Below, piece after piece: positions 59,271-63,605 of a stretch of DNA of 63,605 nucleotides; position 1 is the first letter of the stretch; each line of letters begins with the position of its first letter. Below the pieces are notes generated by a model. It had not been told where the DNA came from and did not search any database. It worked only from the letters and a program-made list of their open reading frames with translations. The DNA lies in sequence record SRR31156797_1603; one strand, written 5' to 3'. The position numbers and the translations under genes are program-made.

Positions 59271-59945
59271 ATGGCAAAAATAATGGTAGTAGAAGATGAA
59301 GCGGTGATTCGCCAACTGATTATCGAAGAACTAGAAAAATGGCAGTTTGAGACCTTTGGCACGACGGATTTCCATCAAGTGTTGACTGACTTTGAAGAAC
59401 AAGAGCCCCAACTGATTTTACTGGATATTAATTTGCCGGTTTTTGATGGCTACTATTGGTGTCAAAAAATCCGCGAAGCTTCCAAAGTACCAATCATTTT
59501 TATTTCCAGTCGCAATACCAATATGGATATGATCATGGCCATGAATATGGGGGCGGACGATTTTGTGACAAAACCTTTTGAGATCGACGTTCTGATTGCA
59601 AAAATCAATGCCTTATTGCGCCGTTCCTACAACTATGTAGAAAGCAGCAGCGAGACGTTAGTGCATAACGGTTTGACCCTCAATATCGACAACAGCAGCA
59701 TGTATATCAATGGCGAAAGCATCGATCTTAGCAAAAACGAATACCGCCTGCTGTATATTTTGATGAAAAATCACGGCAAGATTTTAAGTCGTGAAAAACT
59801 CTTGCGGGCCTTATGGGATGACGAGCGTTTTGTAGATGACAATACCTTGACGGTCAATATCAATCGTTTGCGACGAAAAATCGAACAAGCGGGGATGAAT
59901 GGCTACATTGAAACCAAGGTTGGTCAAGGGTATATCGTACCATGA
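59271..59945 (+). CDS. BceR/GraR-like response regulator (SapR-like)
   Basis: LLDINLPVFDGYYWCQKIR, AMNMGADD and FVDDNTLTVNINRLR motifs. Confidence 0.93.
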   Translation: MAKIMVVEDEAVIRQLIIEELEKWQFETFGTTDFHQVLTDFEEQEPQLILLDINLPVFDGYYWCQKIREASKVPIIFISSRNTNMDMIMAMNMGADDFVTKPFEIDVLIAKINALLRRSYNYVESSSETLVHNGLTLNIDNSSMYINGESIDLSKNEYRLLYILMKNHGKILSREKLLRALWDDERFVDDNTLTVNINRLRRKIEQAGMNGYIETKVGQGYIVP

Positions 59946-60979
59946 CAAAGTGGCGGGTTTTGCGCAGTTTTTTGAAAGATCGTTGGCTGCTGTTTATTGG
60001 CTGGCTGGTCTTTTTCGTGTTGACGGTCTTAGTTTTTTGGCTGACTCCTCATTCCCCGATGGATTGGGGTACAGTCGGCTATCTCTTTTTGATGCAAAGT
60101 GTCTTGATGGTGTTCTTTTTGGCAATCAGCTACTTATCTAAGCGGCGTTTTTGGCAAAAAATCACCCCCAAGCCCGGAGACAGCTTGCTGCAAAACTACT
60201 TGCAAGGAGCACGCTCGGCGGAAGAAGAACGGATCGAATCTTACATCAATCAGTTGATCCGAGAGCACCAAGAATTGATGCAGCAAGTCGTCAGCAATCA
60301 AGAAGAACAAAAGGAATACATCGATTCGTGGGTCCATGAAATCAAAGTACCTTTAGCCGCATCACGATTGCTTTTGCATTCGATCGAATTTGATATTCCA
60401 GATGAAAAATTCATCTTACTAGAAAATGAATTGAACCGCATGAACGAATACGTCGAGCAAGTCTTGTACGTCGCCCGTTTGGACAGCTTTTCAAAAGATT
60501 ATCTGGTCCAAGAAATTTCATTGAAAGCCGTCATCCAGCCGGTTTTACGCAGTCAGGCCAATTATTTTATCCAAAAGAACCTGCACTATGCCGTTGAAGG
60601 TGAGGATCAGCAAGTGTTGACCGATGAAAAATGGCTCGGCTTTATCTTTCGACAATTGGTCAGCAATGCCGTTAAGTACACACCACAAAATGGGCAGCTG
60701 ACAATTCGGATCGAAAAAGATGCCCAAGGAACCTATCTCCACTTGCAAGATAGTGGGATCGGCATTCCTAAAGAAGACATGCGTCGCATCTTTGATAAAG
60801 GCTTTACGGGCGAAAATGGGCGCCAAACGGACACCCACTCGACGGGATTAGGGCTCTTTTTAGCGAAAAGTTTAGCGAAGGAATTAGGCATCGAGCTAAC
60901 GGCTTCGTCGACAGTTGGAAAAGGAACCACCATGACGCTGTTCTTTCCCTTGTTGAGTTATTATGAGGAAAAACGCTAA
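59942..60979 (+). CDS. BceS/GraS-like intramembrane-sensing histidine kinase (SapS-like)
   Basis: Two TMs with a very short loop; WVHEIKVPL, NAVKY, DSGIGI, GFTGENG and GLGL motifs. Confidence 0.93.
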   Translation: MTKWRVLRSFLKDRWLLFIGWLVFFVLTVLVFWLTPHSPMDWGTVGYLFLMQSVLMVFFLAISYLSKRRFWQKITPKPGDSLLQNYLQGARSAEEERIESYINQLIREHQELMQQVVSNQEEQKEYIDSWVHEIKVPLAASRLLLHSIEFDIPDEKFILLENELNRMNEYVEQVLYVARLDSFSKDYLVQEISLKAVIQPVLRSQANYFIQKNLHYAVEGEDQQVLTDEKWLGFIFRQLVSNAVKYTPQNGQLTIRIEKDAQGTYLHLQDSGIGIPKEDMRRIFDKGFTGENGRQTDTHSTGLGLFLAKSLAKELGIELTASSTVGKGTTMTLFFPLLSYYEEKR

Positions 60980-61094
60980 TCTGCTTTTTTTCGAGTATCT
61001 TTTTGTGTTTTTTGACAAAAATCACTTGTCCCTAGAACGTTTTCACTGATACACTAAAGCCTGTGTTTAAAATTGAATGGTAAGGATGAATGAA

Positions 61095-61961
61095 ATGGAG
61101 ATACTCGTTGCATTAGTACCAATGTTTGCGTGGGGCAGCATTGGTTTAGTAAGTGCCAAACTTGGCGGGGATGCGAACCAGCAAACGCTAGGAATGACGA
61201 TTGGTGCCTTTTTCTTTTCTCTGGTCGTATATTTTGTGACGATGCCAGTGATTGATGGAAAGGTGATTTTGATCGGTCTTTTGTCTGGTCTCTTTTGGTC
61301 CGTCGGTCAAAACGGTCAATTCCATGGCATGAAATATTTAGGTGTGTCTGTTGGACTGCCGCTTTCAACCGGCATGCAGCTGATTTTAAATACGGTCGCC
61401 GGTGCATTGTTTTTTGCGGAATGGACCCAGACCCGCGATTATGCATTAGGTGTTAGCGCATTGATCTTATTGGTGATCGGGGCTTATCTGACCGCTCGCC
61501 AAGATGGTGAAAGTCCGGTAGAAGCCGGCAGCAAGATGCTTGATTTTCCTAAAGGATTTCGGGCATTGATCTCATCCACGATTGGGTACGGCGCCTATAC
61601 GATTTTGATTACTTGGGCAGGATTGGACCCATTGGCGATCATTTTGCCACAAAGTGTCGGGATGCTGATCGGTGCCAGCCTATTTGCTTTAAGAAAGACG
61701 AAGGTCGACCGTTTTGTAGGGAAAAATACCTTGTCAGGATTGTTATGGGGCATCGGCAATGTCTGCATGCTGATCACGGTTCAGCAAGTCGGACTAGCGG
61801 TGGGCTTCTCATTGTCGCAGATGGGAATCATCATTTCAACGCTAGGCGGGATTTTTATTCTCGGCGAAAAGAAAACCAAAAAAGAACTGCGGTATGTGGT
61901 GATTGGTTGTCTGCTGGTGATTATCGGCGGTGTTTTGCTGGGGTATATGAAAGCAACATAA
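61095..61961 (+). CDS. glcU: GRP-family glucose uptake protein
   Basis: ALVPMFAWGSI, QQTLGMTIG, PLSTGMQL and LGEKKTKKE motifs. Confidence 0.88.
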   Translation: MEILVALVPMFAWGSIGLVSAKLGGDANQQTLGMTIGAFFFSLVVYFVTMPVIDGKVILIGLLSGLFWSVGQNGQFHGMKYLGVSVGLPLSTGMQLILNTVAGALFFAEWTQTRDYALGVSALILLVIGAYLTARQDGESPVEAGSKMLDFPKGFRALISSTIGYGAYTILITWAGLDPLAIILPQSVGMLIGASLFALRKTKVDRFVGKNTLSGLLWGIGNVCMLITVQQVGLAVGFSLSQMGIIISTLGGIFILGEKKTKKELRYVVIGCLLVIIGGVLLGYMKAT

Positions 61962-61984
61962 ACTTATGTTTTTGAGGAGGAGTT

Positions 61985-63370
61985 ATGGATTTATTTCGAA
62001 AAAAAGTCATACAACGGGAAAGTGTGACGAATTTAAAAAAAGAGTTGAAGTTAAAAGATTTGATTATGTTGGGGATCGGCGCCATTATCGGCACAGGTAT
62101 CTTTGTTGTTACAGGGACTGCTTCTGCTGAGTATGCCGGACCGGCATTGATTCTTTCCTTTGTTGTAGCTGGTATCGTTGTTGTGTTATCAGGGCTTTCT
62201 TTTGCGGAATTTGCTTCTCGGATCCCCGTTTTGGGGGGCGCCTATTCGTATCTGTATGTCGTTTTTGGTGAATTTACCGCGTGGCTGGCAGGCTGGTTTT
62301 TGATTTGCGAGTTCTTATTGGCCGTTTCTTCGGTGGCATCTGGCTGGTCAGGCTATGTGCAAGGCTTTTTGGCCAGTGCGGATATCCATTTACCAACCGC
62401 GTTGACGGGCGGTTATGACCCAAGCAAGGGGACCTACATTGATTTGATCGCTGGTTTAGTCATTATTTTTGTAACCTTGTGGGTCAGCCAAGAAGCGAAA
62501 AAAGCGTTACGTTTGAACAATGCCATGGTATGGGTCAAATTCGGTGTGATCCTCTTGTTTATCGTCTTTGGTGCCTTTTTCGTGGAACCAGACAACTGGC
62601 AGCCCTTTATGCCCTTTGGTTTTTCAGGCGTTTTTAATGGTGCAGCGTTAGTTTTCTTTGCTTTTCTTGGCTTTGATGCCGTCGCAATGGCAGCGGAAGA
62701 AGTCGAAGATGCCAAGAAAAATGTCCCTCGAGGAATCATTGGTTCCATTGCGATCGCAACAGTCCTCTATATCATTGTCACACTGATCATGACGGGAATC
62801 GTGCCGTTTGCGGAATTAGGAGTCAATGACCCGGTGGCTTTTGCAATGCGTTATGTTGGGCATGGGGTTGTCGGATCAATCATTTCTGTGGGTGCGATCT
62901 TGACCTTATTAACAGTGACGATCGCTATGATGTACTCCTTGGCGCGTCTGTTATATGCCATCAGTAAAGATGGGTTATTGCCAAAAGCGATGCAAGCCAT
63001 TGATCCAAAGCATCAAACACCAAAGAAAGCGACCTACATCGCGGGTGTTTTTGCTTTCTTCTTTGCGGCAGCTTTCCCATTGAATATCTTGGCAGAATTG
63101 ACCAACATTGCGGCATTGTCGTATATGATCTTAATGTCCTTAGGAATCATCAAGCTGCGGAAGATGATGGGCCCACCTGCTAAAGGCGAATTCAAAGTAC
63201 CACTGGTACCGTTATTGCCTTTGTTGTCCGTTGCCAGCTGTCTCTTCTTGATGACCCGTCTACAAACGGCGACCTGGATCGTTTTTGGGATCTCCTTAGT
63301 GATCGGAATCGCGATCTATTTTGTATATGGCTATCGTAACAGCGAATTAAATGAGAAAATTGACGAATAG
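61985..63370 (+). CDS. APC-family amino-acid permease
   Basis: GIGAIIGTGIF, AGPA, AEFAS and FFAFLGFD motifs. Confidence 0.95.
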   Translation: MDLFRKKVIQRESVTNLKKELKLKDLIMLGIGAIIGTGIFVVTGTASAEYAGPALILSFVVAGIVVVLSGLSFAEFASRIPVLGGAYSYLYVVFGEFTAWLAGWFLICEFLLAVSSVASGWSGYVQGFLASADIHLPTALTGGYDPSKGTYIDLIAGLVIIFVTLWVSQEAKKALRLNNAMVWVKFGVILLFIVFGAFFVEPDNWQPFMPFGFSGVFNGAALVFFAFLGFDAVAMAAEEVEDAKKNVPRGIIGSIAIATVLYIIVTLIMTGIVPFAELGVNDPVAFAMRYVGHGVVGSIISVGAILTLLTVTIAMMYSLARLLYAISKDGLLPKAMQAIDPKHQTPKKATYIAGVFAFFFAAAFPLNILAELTNIAALSYMILMSLGIIKLRKMMGPPAKGEFKVPLVPLLPLLSVASCLFLMTRLQTATWIVFGISLVIGIAIYFVYGYRNSELNEKIDE

Positions 63371-63377
63371 GATTGTG

Positions 63378-63415
63378 AAAAGGCAAAGACCCGGATGCGG
63401 TTTTTGTCTTTTTTT
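63378..63415 (+). terminator. terminator after the amino-acid permease
   Basis: AAAAGGCAAAGACC/GGTTTTTGTCTTTT stem plus T-run. Confidence 0.7.
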
Positions 63416-63605
63416 ATGTAAATATAGCCGAGCTTCCTATAAGCAGCGTTTTAGGAGGCTTTTTTTGTTATTCAAATAGTGGTCATTTCTGGTGCTGATC
63501 ATTGCAATGACAGTCTTTCTTGATCAAAAGTCCTCTATGAATCTGCTTTTTTTGAGAAATTTTCCAAATGACAGATTCGCTAAAGGTTCATCCAGTATGC
63601 TTTTG

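Noticed and set aside
1-63605. CRISPR arrays, IS elements, prophage, tRNA or rRNA
   Set aside because: I saw no repeat-spacer array, transposase, integrase or phage ORF, and no tRNA or rRNA signatures.

Overview
Core chromosome of an Enterococcus. Gene content and order point to this genus; the casseliflavus/gallinarum group is only a guess from the relatively high GC. In order the window holds: the 3' end of a LysM autolysin; a Leu T-box and leuS; murE and murJ; two pseudouridine synthases flanking a secreted coiled-coil/M23 peptidase; a class A PBP; yhaO-yhaN-yhaM; prsA; hit; ecsAB; ccrZ-trmB; an intact comGA-GG operon; ytxK-ackA; dtpT; an ABC-F gene; kup; an ABC pair; a universal stress protein gene; 6S RNA; rarA; mpg-DUF3013-prmA-rsmE; a DeoC-like gene; rel-dtd; a MacB/YclI-type ABC operon with a multi-PASTA protein; a heterodimeric ABC exporter; ogt; a phosphohexomutase; a BceRS/SapRS-like two-component system; glcU; and an amino-acid permease. 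I saw no mobile elements, prophage, CRISPR, rRNA or tRNA. The most interesting signals are in non-coding DNA. (1) A yybP-ykoY (Mn2+-class) riboswitch with a terminator platform sits in front of the K+ importer kup. (2) A 42-aa leader ORF with a terminator/antiterminator precedes the ABC-F gene directly downstream of kup. (3) The rel 5' leader contains a ~90-nt hairpin with a U-tract that encloses a 12-codon uORF. (4) An insulated candidate sRNA lies behind tandem CodY-like boxes. Two protein-level oddities also stand out: the ABC-PASTA operon and a probably inactive DeoC-fold protein upstream of rel. All calls are from reading the sequence by eye; no database search or folding program was run.
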